From Thermoanaerobaculia bacterium (lineage in GTDB: Bacteria > Acidobacteriota > Thermoanaerobaculia > Multivoradales > Multivoraceae): a stretch of DNA of 64,000 nt. The notes under the pieces are model-generated. The model made no database searches and was not told the origin of the DNA. It saw nothing but the letters and a program-made list of their open reading frames with translations. Positions 9,520 through 20,581 of the stretch are shown here, one piece after another. Where the stretch lies: NCBI GenBank assembly GCA_963664405.1, contig OY761158.1, forward strand, positions 4,960,001 to 5,024,000. Direction: 5' to 3'. Every line of letters begins with the position of its first letter. Positions within the stretch are counted from its first letter, which is position 1. The position numbers were made by a program, and so were the translations under genes.

Positions 9520-9736
9520 TCCCGCTGTCCCTTTTCTCTGTCGATGACTCGGTGCGGAGTTTCCTCCACCCGGGCCAAGCTAGCCCAACAAGGGAATCAC
9601 CTCCGCATGGTCGCGTAGACTGACACATATACGTACTATTGTCACTACGAGTGACAATCGGTTTGGCTAGGAGTCGACCAAGGAAGTCGACGGATGATCA
9701 AGAGAGCTACAGTTGAGCGCATCAGGGGGGGGTGGT

Positions 9737-9844
9737 ATGAAAGAGAAGTTCTCGAACTTCGACAGCAAGGGTGACGGCGGGATCGATCTTGCTGAGCTCA
9801 CTGCGATTCTGAAGGCGGTGAATGCGCAACGCGGTTCAAGCTAA
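9737..9844 (+). pseudogene. EF-hand fragment (35 aa)
   Basis: MKEKFSNFDSKGDGGIDLAELTAIL resembles MKANFPMIDANGDGGIDLGELDRLL of the neighbouring divergent gene. Confidence 0.5.
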
Positions 9845-11760
9845 GACTGGCGATTCAACAAGCGACGTTAGGCTGTCGGTTCCTTGGATCTGCCTCTTGG
9901 TTGCCGGTTGTCTATTGGCGCAGGCCGGAGCCCGTGCGCAGACCCTTTCTCGTAGCCGTGAGATAACCATCGATGTAATCGACGGGCGAGCGTCAGACAC
10001 TCTCGATGCGTCGGCCCTTCGAGTCGAGCAGGGCGGTGGTGAGGCGGAGATCGTGGACCTTCGACCTGTTGCCGGCAGCCCTTGGAGCCTGCTGATCTAT
10101 GTCGACGCTCTCAGTTCCACTGCCCAGGGGCTCGAAAGGGCCGCGGCGGTTCTGCAAGAGGTCGTTCCGGTGCTTACCGGACTCGGCGAGGTGACCCTGC
10201 TCGTAGTCGACGAGCGGCCAGAGCCGTGGATTGAGAGCAGTCGTGATCGAGGGGAGCTCGAGCGAGCGTTTGCAAAGCTGGCGGAGTCCCCTTTCCAACG
10301 GCCGGATCTGGGAATAGAGGGCTTCTCGTCGTGGCGGCGAGGGCTGTTGATCGATGCCCTGGTGGGCGCGGCCGGTGATGGCCCGCGGGCCGTTCTCGTA
10401 GTAGGGGACGCCAACGGCGAGCGGTTGACGACGACAGAACGAGAGGTAGACCGCCTCGAACGAACCAGCCTGGCGGCGATTACGGCGGCTTTGGACTGGG
10501 TTGCTTTTCCGCTCCACCTCGCCGGCGATGGCGCGGATGTTGCGATCTCGCCCTTGGCCGAAGAAACCGGCGGCGCCGTAGCAGCGGATGCCGATGGGCT
10601 CTCGGATGCGCTGCTGCGACTCCACGAGCGCTCATTTCTTCGCTTTCGGGAGCGTGTCGGAGGTAATGGTGAGATCACTCCACTGTCGGTTGTGACAGAG
10701 GCCGGAACAGTGCGGGCCGCGCGTTGGTCGGCGCCGATCAGCCCGGATATCGTGCTCATAGCGCGCGGGAACGGCCTTCTCGGTGAAGGAGTCGATGGCG
10801 ATCTCGACGTGATCAGTACCGGTACGCTGGAGAGCGATGGGAACGGAGAGGAAGAGCTCGAGCTGGAGATTCTGACCGAGGTGTCTTCTCTCCCCGCTCT
10901 TGAACGGCCCCTGGCGGATTTGGTCAGAAGAGGCGCCAACTACTTCTCGTCCTCGCGTCTGCGAGTGACTCTGTTGCTCGACTTTGTCGACCAGTCGCCG
11001 TCCATCTTGCATTTTCGCGGACGCGGAGCGCGTCTCTCCGGCTCCGCCAGGTGGCTGGTTCAGGCACGGGCGCCGGTCTCGGCCGAGCTACGACAGGTGG
11101 TGGCCGTCGTCGAGGACCTGGGGACGGGTCGATGGGGCGTGGCCGAGATCGATTTCGGGGGCGACTCTCTGGGGATACTCGATCCGGACACCGTCGTCGA
11201 GGCGGTCGATCTGCGCCCCGCGACGGATGCCGAGGACAAGCTGATCGAGCTCATCCCTCCTCGTCAGCGCGACCTCACCGGAACGCAGCAATTCCGCACC
11301 ATGTCGCTCAGCTCTCTCATCGGCCGGGTGGTTTTCTACCTCGACGGCAAGGTGATGGGGGAGGATCGGAGAAGTCCTTTCAGCGCGCGCATCGATCTCG
11401 GACCAGAGCTGAGACCTCGGGAAGTTGAGGTGGTCGCTTTCGATCGCGCCGGCCAAGAGATGGGGCGCGACAGCCTGATCGTCAATCGGGGAGGTAGCGC
11501 CTTCGAGGTCGAGCTCGTGCGAGTCGAAGGAGATCCGGTCGATGGATTGCTACAGGTTGCGGTAGAGGTCAGTGTTCCTCCCGAGCGCTCCCTGGATCGT
11601 GTCGAGCTGTGGTGGAACGACACTTTGAAGAAGACTTTGGAGAGCGCTCCGTTTGTCTCGGAGATCGGGGTCCGGGGGACCGGCGGCACTGACTTCGTTC
11701 GGGCGGTCGCCTATCTCGACGACGGCAGCAGCTTCGAGGATGTGGAGCTCTTCGGCGCCG
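9822..11760 (+). pseudogene. secreted VWA-like/Ig-like (Big) domain protein, apparently 3'-truncated
   Basis: Signal peptide and Ig-like repeats (RVVFYLDG...PFSARIDLG; RVELWWND...PF...FVRAVAYLDDG). Protein-like sequence ends at EDVELFGA and the ORF then runs out of frame into the sulfatase. Confidence 0.6.
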
Positions 11761-11853
11761 AGTTGCGTTGTAACCCCGGCGCGTTGCATCATCGGGTCAA
11801 GCAAGTAAAGAGGATCGCACCGGAACACTCAACCTTCCGGGCAGGAGAGCCAG

Positions 11854-13317
11854 TTGTTGTATCGAATGTTGTTGGTGTTTCTGCTGCCGGCCTTGGTTCA
11901 CGCCAAGCCGAACATCTTGTTCATGATGGTCGACGACCTCGGCTGGAACGATGTCGGCTACCACGGCAGTGAGATCAAGACACCGAATATCGACGCGCTG
12001 GCCGAGCGGGGCGTCGAGCTCGATCGCTACTACGCTTTCCCCATGTGTAGCCCGACGCGAGTTGCGTTGATGACGGGTCGGTCGCCAATTCGCCAGGGAG
12101 TCGACACTCCAATCGGTCCCCACGGCGGTATGCCACTCGATGAGCATCTGTTGCCGCAGACGCTGCGGACGGCCGGCTACCAGACCTTCATCACCGGCAA
12201 GTGGCATCTCGGGCTGGAGCACGCCGCCTCGCATCCAAATAACCGCGGCTTCGACCACGCCCACGGGCATCTCGCCTCTGCGGTCGACTACTTCACTCAC
12301 ATCTGGGAAGGTGGCCTCGACTGGCATCGCAACGGCAAGGTGATTCGCGAAGAGGGCTACACCACCGAGCTCATCACCGAAGAGGCCGTGAGCTTGATCG
12401 AGGGGCGCGACAAGTCGAAGCCGATGTTTCTCTACGTCGCCTTCAATGCGCCGCATTCGCCGCTGCAGTCGACCGAGAAGTATCTGCAGCGCTACCCGGA
12501 CATCGGCGATCCGTATAGGAAGCTCTTCGCCGCCATGGTGAGCGCGGTCGACGACGGAGTGGGCAAGATCCTCGATACCCTCGAGACGGAGGGCATCGCC
12601 GACGATACTCTGGTGGTTTGGGTCAGTGACAATGGAGGAGCGTTGCAGGCGGGCGCCGACAACAGCCCCTTGCGCGGTGGGAAGGGCACGACCTTTGAAG
12701 GCGGTCTCCGAGTTCCAGGCCTGATCTACCAGCCTGGCGTGCTCGAAGGCGGGAAGCTCAGCCAGATGTTCACCGCTCATGACTGGTTCCAGACCTTGAC
12801 CACGGCGGTCGGGGTGACACCAAAGAACACCAAGCCCTTCGACGGGATCGACATGTGGGCGGCGCTCAGCGAGGGCGAGAAGGCCGGCAGGCGCGACACG
12901 GTCATCGGCATCGACGGCAACTACACGATCTTCAGGCAAGGCTGGAAGTTGGTCGAACATACGCCGCGGCGAAGCGACACCACAACGATGCACCTGTTCC
13001 GTATTCTGGACGACCCCAGCGAAGAGCACGATCTCATCGATGAGAATCCGGATCTGGCCAAGGAGCTGTTGGCCGCTATCCGAGCGATTCCCCGTCCGCC
13101 CTCGGTCAGCCGAGACCGGCCCGGTGAAGGATTTCGGACCGCGCGTCGACAGAACGCAAGGACTGGGGGCGCTGGGCGTGGTGGCGGGGCCGGGGGGGGT
13201 GGTCGCGGCGGTGGAGTGAGGAATGGTGCTCGTGGTGGCGGTGGCGGCCGGGATCCCTTAGCGGGTTGGAAAGAGGAGACGCGGGAACCGTGGGTGGAGG
13301 TAGCGATCCGTGATTAA
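11854..13317 (+). CDS. arylsulfatase (Cys/FGly type), tandem copy 1
   Basis: PNILFMMVDDLG, CSPTR, GKWHLG, SDNGG; Gly/Arg-rich C-terminal insert. Confidence 0.93.
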   Translation: MLYRMLLVFLLPALVHAKPNILFMMVDDLGWNDVGYHGSEIKTPNIDALAERGVELDRYYAFPMCSPTRVALMTGRSPIRQGVDTPIGPHGGMPLDEHLLPQTLRTAGYQTFITGKWHLGLEHAASHPNNRGFDHAHGHLASAVDYFTHIWEGGLDWHRNGKVIREEGYTTELITEEAVSLIEGRDKSKPMFLYVAFNAPHSPLQSTEKYLQRYPDIGDPYRKLFAAMVSAVDDGVGKILDTLETEGIADDTLVVWVSDNGGALQAGADNSPLRGGKGTTFEGGLRVPGLIYQPGVLEGGKLSQMFTAHDWFQTLTTAVGVTPKNTKPFDGIDMWAALSEGEKAGRRDTVIGIDGNYTIFRQGWKLVEHTPRRSDTTTMHLFRILDDPSEEHDLIDENPDLAKELLAAIRAIPRPPSVSRDRPGEGFRTARRQNARTGGAGRGGGAGGGGRGGGVRNGARGGGGGRDPLAGWKEETREPWVEVAIRD

Positions 13318-13384
13318 AGCATCGAGTCAAGCAGACAAAGAGATAGCCCACCGGAACCCTTAACCTTCCGGGGAGGAGAGCCAA

Positions 13385-14770
13385 TTGTTGTATCGAGTGT
13401 TGTTGGTGTTTCTGCTGCCGGCCCTGGTTCACGCCAAGCCGAACATCTTGTTCATGATGGTCGACGATCTTGGCTGGAACGATGTCGGCTACCACGGCAG
13501 CGAGATCAAGACGCCGAATATCGACGCGCTGGCTGAGCGGGGCGTCGAGCTCGATCGTTACTACGCCTTCCCCGTCTGTAGCCCGACGCGAGTTGCGTTG
13601 ATGACGGGTCGCTCGCCGATTCGCCAGGGCGTCGATTTTGCCATCGGCCCCCACGGCGGGATGCCACTCGATGAGCATCTGCTTCCGCAGACGCTGCGGG
13701 CGGCCGGCTACCAGACCTTCATCACCGGCAAGTGGCACCTCGGGCTGGAGCACGCTGCCTCGCATCCGAATAACCGTGGCTTCGACCACGCCCACGGGCA
13801 TCTCGGCGGCGGGCTCGACTACTTCACTCACATTTGGGAGGGTGGCCTCGACTGGCATCGCAACGGCAAGGTGATTCGCGAAGAGGGCTACACCACCGAG
13901 CTCATCACCGACGAAGCGGTGAGCCTGATCAAGAGTCGCGACAAGTCGCGGCCGATGTTTCTCTACGTCGCCTTCAATGCTCCGCATGTTCCACTGCAGG
14001 CGACCGAGAAGTATTTGGGCCGTTACCCCGACATCGGCGATCCGTATCGGAAGCTCTTCGCTGCCATGGTCAGCGCCGTCGACGACGGCGTCGGCAGGAT
14101 TCTTGCCGCGATCGAGGCGGAAGGCATCGCCGACGACACCCTCGTGGTCTGGGTCAGCGACAACGGAGCGATTCCGGGGGTGGGCGACAACAGCCCCTTG
14201 CGTGCGGGGAAAGGCACGACCTTCGAAGGCGGTATCCGTGTCCCGGGCATGATCTTTCAGCCTGGCGTGCTCGAAGGCGGGAAGTTCACCCAGATGGTCA
14301 CAGCGCAGGACTGGTTCCAGACCTTGACCACCGCGGCAGGCGTGACGCCGAAGAATACGAAGCCCTTCGACGGGGTCGACATGTGGGCGGCACTCACCGA
14401 CGGCCAGGAGGTCGACCGGCGGGACACCGTCATCGGCATGTATGGCAACTACACGATCTTCCGAGATGGCTGGAAATTGGTCGAGCACACGTCTCGGATG
14501 GGCAATACGACCACGATTCACCTGTTCCGACTTTTGGACGACCCGAACGAAGAGAACGATCTCATTGATGAGAATCCGGATTTGGCCAAGGAGCTGTTGG
14601 CCGCTATCCGTGCGATTCCGCGTCCGCCCTCGGTCAGCCAGGTTCGGCCCGGAGAAGGATTTCGCTCACGTCGAGAGGCGACGAGGGGTGGCAGAGGTGG
14701 CCGGGACCTCTCGTCGGGTTGGAAAGAGGAGACCCGGCAGCCGTGGGTGGAGGTAGCGATCCGTGACTAG
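13385..14770 (+). CDS. arylsulfatase, tandem copy 2
   Basis: Near-identical to copy 1 including the upstream region; CSPTR. Confidence 0.93.
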   Translation: MLYRVLLVFLLPALVHAKPNILFMMVDDLGWNDVGYHGSEIKTPNIDALAERGVELDRYYAFPVCSPTRVALMTGRSPIRQGVDFAIGPHGGMPLDEHLLPQTLRAAGYQTFITGKWHLGLEHAASHPNNRGFDHAHGHLGGGLDYFTHIWEGGLDWHRNGKVIREEGYTTELITDEAVSLIKSRDKSRPMFLYVAFNAPHVPLQATEKYLGRYPDIGDPYRKLFAAMVSAVDDGVGRILAAIEAEGIADDTLVVWVSDNGAIPGVGDNSPLRAGKGTTFEGGIRVPGMIFQPGVLEGGKFTQMVTAQDWFQTLTTAAGVTPKNTKPFDGVDMWAALTDGQEVDRRDTVIGMYGNYTIFRDGWKLVEHTSRMGNTTTIHLFRLLDDPNEENDLIDENPDLAKELLAAIRAIPRPPSVSQVRPGEGFRSRREATRGGRGGRDLSSGWKEETRQPWVEVAIRD

Positions 14771-15620
14771 ACCAGCGACCGTGATCACAGTTTTGGCCCT
14801 TTGCTTTGTCCCGTCGTGGGCGTGGGCTGCAGCCATCCGCGACGAGCCCGCGATTCCCGCCGACGCCGAGAGCGCCGTCGATCGCCTCAACAACTCTCCT
14901 CGCCATGGCGAATGGGTGGACATCGTCGAGGGTCGCGGCGATCATGGCGGCTGGAACGACAGCGTGCGGGCCTGGGTCAGCTATCCGGAGCGGGCGACCA
15001 CCGCCCCGGTGGTGATCGTCATCCACGAGATCTTCGGCCTCACCGATTGGATTCGGGCGGTCGCCGATCAACTGGCCGGCGCCGGCTTCATTGCCATCGC
15101 CCCCGATCTGCTCACCGGGGTCGGAGCCGCCGGCGAGACACCGGAGGACCCCCAGGAGGCGATCAAGCTGGTCCGCGGGCTGCGCATCGAAGACGTGACC
15201 AGACGGCTGACCGCCGTCGCCCGTTACGGTAGCTCGCTACCGGCGGCCAACGGAAGGTTCGGCACTGTGGGGTTCTGCTGGGGCGGCGGAACCAGCTTTG
15301 CCTTCGCCGGCCACGACATGGATCTGAGTGGGGCGGTCGTCTACTACGGCAGGACCCCCGAAGCCGAGATCCTGGGGAAAATCAGCGCGCCTGTGATCGG
15401 CTTCTACGGCGGCGACGACGCGCGCGTCAACGCCACCATCCCGCTCGCCGAGAGCGAGATGTCGCGGGCGGAGCAGAGCTACACCAAGAACGTCTTCGAG
15501 GGCGCGGGGCACGGCTTCTTGCGTCAGCAGTCAGGACGCGATGGCGCCAACCTCGACGCGACGAAGGCGGCCTGGCCCGCCACGGTGAAATTCTTCAAAG
15601 AGCACCTGGAGACCGAATGA
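14763..15620 (+). CDS. dienelactone hydrolase family protein, secreted
   Basis: IHEIFGL, GFCWGG nucleophile motif, GAGHGF. Confidence 0.92.
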   Translation: MTRPATVITVLALCFVPSWAWAAAIRDEPAIPADAESAVDRLNNSPRHGEWVDIVEGRGDHGGWNDSVRAWVSYPERATTAPVVIVIHEIFGLTDWIRAVADQLAGAGFIAIAPDLLTGVGAAGETPEDPQEAIKLVRGLRIEDVTRRLTAVARYGSSLPAANGRFGTVGFCWGGGTSFAFAGHDMDLSGAVVYYGRTPEAEILGKISAPVIGFYGGDDARVNATIPLAESEMSRAEQSYTKNVFEGAGHGFLRQQSGRDGANLDATKAAWPATVKFFKEHLETE

Positions 15621-17090
15621 GAGCTTGGGCAGCCTTCGCTCTGCTGCTAGCGGCCGCGACTCTCGAAGCGAAACCGAACGTCGTCTTCATCATGGCCGAC
15701 GACCTCGGCTGGAACGACGTCGGTTATCACGGCAGCGAGATCCGCACTCCCAATATCGACCACCTGGCCGAAGAGGGGGGTCGAGCTCGATCGCTACTAC
15801 GCCTTTCCGGTCTGTAGCCCGACGCGGACGGCGTTGATGACCGGGCGCTCGCCTCTTCGTCTTGGCGTCGATCGGCCGATCGAGACCAAGAACGGCGTGC
15901 CGCTGGACGAGCACTTTCTGCCGGAGACCTTCAAGGCGGCCGGTTACGAAACGATGATCACCGGCAAGTGGCATCTGGGCCTCGAGCATGTCGACTACTT
16001 CCCGGGGGCGCGCGGCTTCGATCGCTGGCACGGCCATCTCGGGCCCGGGATCGACTACAACACTCACATCTGGGACGGTGGGCTGGACTGGAACCGCGAC
16101 GGTAAGGCGATCGAGGAGGAGGGCTACTCGACGGAGCTGATCGGTGCCGAGGCGGTGCGCAATCTGCGGGAACGAGACAAGGCGAAGCCGACCTTTCTCT
16201 ACGTTCCCTTCAACGCACCGCATGGACCGCTGCAGGCGCCGGCAAAGCTCGTTGACGAGTACGTGGCGGTAGAGAACCAGGACCGGCGCATCTATGCCGC
16301 GATGGTGAGTGCGATGGACACAGCGGTGGGCTCGATCTTGGCGGCGCTCGAGGATGAGGGGATGGCCGACGACACCATCCTCGTCTGGGCGAGCGACAAC
16401 GGGGGAGCTCTTCCACTCGGAGCGAGCAACGCTCCTCTGCGCGGTGGGAAGGGCGGCTCTTTCGAAGGAGGTATTCGGGTACCGGCCTTGATTCATTGGC
16501 CGGCGCAGCTCGAGCCCGCGAAGTTCTCCCGGCTGATCACTGCGCACGATTGGATGCCGACGTTGGCCGCGGCCGCGGGCATCGAAGTCAAGTCGACCAA
16601 GAAGCTCGATGGCTACAATATGTGGCCTTCACTGAAGGATGGTGAGGATCTCGACCGCGGACCGACTGTCATCGGCATGCTCAATACGGCCAGCGTCTTT
16701 CACGACGGCTGGAAGTACATGGAGCACCGCGGGCGGCGAGAGCCCGAGACGCTTCCTTACCTGTTCCGCATTCTCGATGACCCGAACGAGGAGAACAACC
16801 TGGTCGAGAGTCACCCGGACCTTGTTGAAGAGATGGCGGCAATGCTGCGGTCCATTCCGCGAGCCCCGACGGTGGCGCCCGATGTGGAGATACCTGGCTC
16901 GGGGCGGGCCGGTGGTAGAGGTGGACGGGGTGGGTCCGGAAGAGCCGGGGCGGGGGGAAGAGGTCCTCGGGGAGGCCAAGCTCGGGGAGGCCAACCTCCC
17001 GGAGACGGTCCTCCCGGTCGAGGAGCGGGTAGGCAGGGTTGGAGCGAGATCACCGATATCCCATGGGTAGAGAGAGCGAAGCGAGATTAG
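15617..17090 (+). pseudogene. arylsulfatase with a +1 frameshift in the G6 run at 15775-15780
   Basis: [12 protein letters not shown] and the CSPTR/GKWHLG part are in different frames; paralogs read GVELDRYY, which needs one fewer G. Confidence 0.85.
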
Positions 17091-17120
17091 TGGACTAGAG
17101 TCGTAGGTAGGAGAGTCGAC

Positions 17121-18317
17121 ATGGCAAGAATACCGAGTCTGAGTCTTGTCCTCGTTTTGGCGGCAGCCGCCCTGCCGGGCGCCCAGAATAGCGAGTGCCC
17201 CAGCGACGGTTTTCTGGACGTTGCCAACCAACCCGGCCCCGGCGGGGACTATCCAATGCCCGAGCTCCAGGTGGAGTGCGAGGGCAACACCATGATCGTG
17301 CGCGGCAACGGGATCCCTCACTACGAGTTCGTCCAGGTCACCCCGAATCCTCTGCTCACTTCGGATCGGGAGTATCGAATCAACCTCGATCCGCGCCTTG
17401 CCGAGACGCCGAGCCCGATTCCTCTGCTCGGAACCGTTGGCGTCGCCATCAACGGCATCCCCTTCTTCGGACCCAATGAGGGCGCGGAGCCCTTCCCCGG
17501 CTTCGGCGACCCGATCTACAACTCGATCATGGACGCGTGCATGGGTCACACCGCAAGGGAGTACCACTACCACGCGTTGGTCCAGGCGTGCCTCGCCGCC
17601 GGCGTGAAGACCGGCGCTCCCTCGCCGGTTCTGGCCTATGCGGTCGATGGCTTTCCTGTCCGCGGGCCCTACGGCTGTGTCGACGAGGACTGCTCGGAGG
17701 TGGTCAAGTTCAAGAGCAGCTGGGAGCGATTGCGCGAGCCAGAGGTCGATTCCTGGGATGCCTACCGCTATGTCGCCAAGGAAGGTGCCGAGTATCTGGA
17801 CCGTTGTAACGGACACAGCGGCGCCGATGCCGACGGCAGGTATCACTATCATGCCACCGAGACCTGGCCCTATATCCTGGGCTGTTTCTCCGGCACGCCC
17901 TCCGGCGGTGCCGGTGCTCACGCGGCGCCGGCGCGCGAGACTCGTGGCGGGCGACGTCAAGGGCCGCCAGTCGATCCCAGGCCGACCGCGGAACAGGTGA
18001 AGATGGCGGCCGCCGCACTCGATCTCGAGGAAACGGTGGTCGCCTCGGCACTGCGAAAGACCGATGGACGCATCGTACCGATGAATTTTCTGGCTTCTTC
18101 CCGCACCCTTGGCGTCGAAGAAGCCGCCCTGCGAGAGGGCCTGGGCGTGCCGCCGAGGAGAAGAAGAGGGTCACCCCCTGGGCAGCTCGCGCCCGGCGAG
18201 GAGCCGCCGTGCCGATTCCGCTGTGGCCAGAGTGACCACAATGCCGTCGGCTGTTCCCTGACTCCGGAGCACAAAGTCGTCTGCAGCCGCCCCTGCGACA
18301 ACAACAAGTGCGGCTGA
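17121..18317 (+). CDS. YHYH domain protein
   Basis: NGIP.H, GVAINGIPFF, YHYH twice, DGFPVRGPYG, LDRCNGH. Confidence 0.9.
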   Translation: MARIPSLSLVLVLAAAALPGAQNSECPSDGFLDVANQPGPGGDYPMPELQVECEGNTMIVRGNGIPHYEFVQVTPNPLLTSDREYRINLDPRLAETPSPIPLLGTVGVAINGIPFFGPNEGAEPFPGFGDPIYNSIMDACMGHTAREYHYHALVQACLAAGVKTGAPSPVLAYAVDGFPVRGPYGCVDEDCSEVVKFKSSWERLREPEVDSWDAYRYVAKEGAEYLDRCNGHSGADADGRYHYHATETWPYILGCFSGTPSGGAGAHAAPARETRGGRRQGPPVDPRPTAEQVKMAAAALDLEETVVASALRKTDGRIVPMNFLASSRTLGVEEAALREGLGVPPRRRRGSPPGQLAPGEEPPCRFRCGQSDHNAVGCSLTPEHKVVCSRPCDNNKCG

Positions 18318-19438
18318 CCACGAGGAGAGTGGCCCCGGGCCGCTGGCTGATCCTCGTCGGTCTGGTCTTCGTCGTGGGCGTGGTTTGGCCGCAGATGCCG
18401 CACCCCGATCACCTGGTGGTCGAAGTGCCTCACGACAGGCCGTACCCGTCGGTCGTGATCGAGCTCGAAGCGGATCCGGTCGACGGCTACAACCTTCATC
18501 TGGTCACCCGTAACTTCGAGTTCACCCCCGAGGCCGTCAATCAGGAGCTGGTGGCCAACCAGGGACACGCGCATCTGTTCCTCAACGGCGCCAAGGTGGC
18601 TCGCCTCTACTCCGCGTGGAGGCATCTGCCGCAGGCGCTCTTCGAGGAAGGTGTGAATCGGCTCGAAGTCGTGCTCAACGCCAACGACCACTCCACCTGG
18701 GGCATCGCCGGCGAACCGATCGGTGAGGAGCTGCTGACCTATTCGGGAGCCACCAGCGGGAGCCCGATCGTTTACGGCGATGTCAGCTACCGAAGCAGCT
18801 GGTTTTGGGGACGAGCCAAAGCTCATCGATCGGGAAGGGGTTGGAGGACGACCAACGATCTGGGGTACGAGGTCCACGTTCGGGCCGGACGTGTGGTGAC
18901 CCGGAACCTCGAGCTGGTGCCTTGTCACGCACCTTCCGGGAGCATGTCGATGGCACGGCTGTTGGAGCTCTTCCGGCCGCCGGCGGTCCACGCCGGGCAC
19001 GCCAGCATGCTGCCGAATGCGTCCAGGATCTCGAAGTCTTTCGAAGATGACCTGGGGGATCCGAAGCCGCGAGAGATCGAAGTTCGCCGGGTGCGCGACC
19101 CAGAGTACTGTCAAGCTCACCTTTTGGTCGCCCGCCCCTCGGGCACCGCCCCGTCGGCAAGCAGCGTCGAGGTTTCCGGAACGTGGAAGAAGAAGGGCGG
19201 GGGGCGTTCCTCGTTCGAGATCGACGGCGGTGTCGCTTACGGCGAGTTGAAAGACCTGCGCGCCCTATCGGGGGGCGAGCCTGAGGCTCAGAGCATCATC
19301 GGGGGTGTTCGCGTCGAGCTGCGTCGTCGACTCGACACCTTGTTCGACGGAGTCGACTTCGAGACCATGGACTCCGCCGCCCAGGCCAACGCTGTTGCCC
19401 ACTCACTCGTCGGCGACGCCGAGCTGCTTGCCAACTAG
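18308..19438 (+). CDS. His-motif secreted hypothetical protein (possible metal binding)
   Basis: GHAHLFLNGAKVARLY, LNANDH; second domain with AGH and YC motifs. Confidence 0.6.
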   Translation: MRLTTRRVAPGRWLILVGLVFVVGVVWPQMPHPDHLVVEVPHDRPYPSVVIELEADPVDGYNLHLVTRNFEFTPEAVNQELVANQGHAHLFLNGAKVARLYSAWRHLPQALFEEGVNRLEVVLNANDHSTWGIAGEPIGEELLTYSGATSGSPIVYGDVSYRSSWFWGRAKAHRSGRGWRTTNDLGYEVHVRAGRVVTRNLELVPCHAPSGSMSMARLLELFRPPAVHAGHASMLPNASRISKSFEDDLGDPKPREIEVRRVRDPEYCQAHLLVARPSGTAPSASSVEVSGTWKKKGGGRSSFEIDGGVAYGELKDLRALSGGEPEAQSIIGGVRVELRRRLDTLFDGVDFETMDSAAQANAVAHSLVGDAELLAN

Positions 19439-19604
19439 ACCGGCGGAGCCAGGCGGACAGTCTCCTCTCGGTGCGATCTCGGCGCGCGCCGCATCGCGTT
19501 CGATTTTGCGGCGGAACTATAGCCTAGGCCTTGATTCGGCCTGCTCGCTCGGCGATCACGGGCTGGTACTCTGCGGCCGGTGACAGTAGATTAGGGAGGT
19601 CGTT

Positions 19605-19976
19605 GTGGAGACGCGCGCTTACTTTGTAGTTGGCGATCTACTGTCGACCTGCGTGATCGGCACTGCCGTCGGCGGGGTCACCGGCCTGGCAGTGCCGGCA
19701 GGATGGTCGATGCCGATGGGCATGATGGCCGGAATGCTTCTGGGTATGGTACTCGCCCTGCCGCTCTCTCTGGTCTTCATGCCCGCCTTTGGCGCGATGG
19801 AGATCATGCTGCCTGGGATGCTTGCCGGAATGGTGTCGGGGATGGCTTCCGGCATGGCAGTTGCGGCGGGGGCCGTGAACGGTCTCGAGACACTCGCGGT
19901 CGGCGCAGGGTGTGGGCTCCTGGTCTTTGTCTATACCTATGCGCTCAATGCCAGGTTCGGAGGGCTACGCCGTTGA
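19605..19976 (+). CDS. Met/Gly-rich membrane protein
   Basis: Four hydrophobic segments with many GM motifs; SD GGAGG. Confidence 0.75.
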   Translation: METRAYFVVGDLLSTCVIGTAVGGVTGLAVPAGWSMPMGMMAGMLLGMVLALPLSLVFMPAFGAMEIMLPGMLAGMVSGMASGMAVAAGAVNGLETLAVGAGCGLLVFVYTYALNARFGGLRR

Positions 19977-20581
19977 CGGACGCTGCAACACGCGACAAGT
20001 GGGACCGGGCGGCGAAGACTTTCGACCTGATGAACGGAGCCGGTCCGGAGAAGCGATGGGGCGCGGTGAAGAGCCGGCTGTTCTCGCTCATGCAGGGCCG
20101 AGTTCTCTTCGTCGCCGCGGGAACCGGACTGGATTTTCGATTCTTTCCGCCGGGTCAGCAGATCGTCGCTATCGACATCAGCCCGCGCATGCTGGAACAG
20201 GCGACGCTCAAGGCGGCTTCCTACGACGGCGAGCTCGAGCTACGAGAGATGGACGTTCACGATCTCGAGTTTGCGGACGGGAGCTTCGACCAGGTCTTCA
20301 CTTCGTGCACGTTCTGCTCGGTACCGAATCCGGTGAAGGGGCTCGAGGCCCTGCGAAGAGCTCTCGTACCCGGCGGCGAGCTGCACATGTTCGAGCACAC
20401 CGGCAGCCGACTCTTTCCTTTCAACCTCATGCTCCGCGCCATGACCCCGCTGAGCCGTCGAGTAGGACCCGAGCTCGACCGAGATACCCCCGCGAATGTG
20501 GAGCAGGCGGGCTTCGACGACATCGAGGTGGAGAATGTCTTCCTCGACGTAGTCCGCCTCATCCACGCGCGGAAGGTCTAG
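19973..20581 (+). CDS. class I SAM-dependent methyltransferase
   Basis: VLFVAAGTG, IDISPRML, FDQV, TFCSVPNP; TTG start overlaps the upstream stop. Confidence 0.88.
   Translation: MTDAATRDKWDRAAKTFDLMNGAGPEKRWGAVKSRLFSLMQGRVLFVAAGTGLDFRFFPPGQQIVAIDISPRMLEQATLKAASYDGELELREMDVHDLEFADGSFDQVFTSCTFCSVPNPVKGLEALRRALVPGGELHMFEHTGSRLFPFNLMLRAMTPLSRRVGPELDRDTPANVEQAGFDDIEVENVFLDVVRLIHARKV

Noticed and set aside
15775-15780. Phase-variable G tract
   Set aside because: G6 is short for phase variation, and similar indels elsewhere point to sequencing error.
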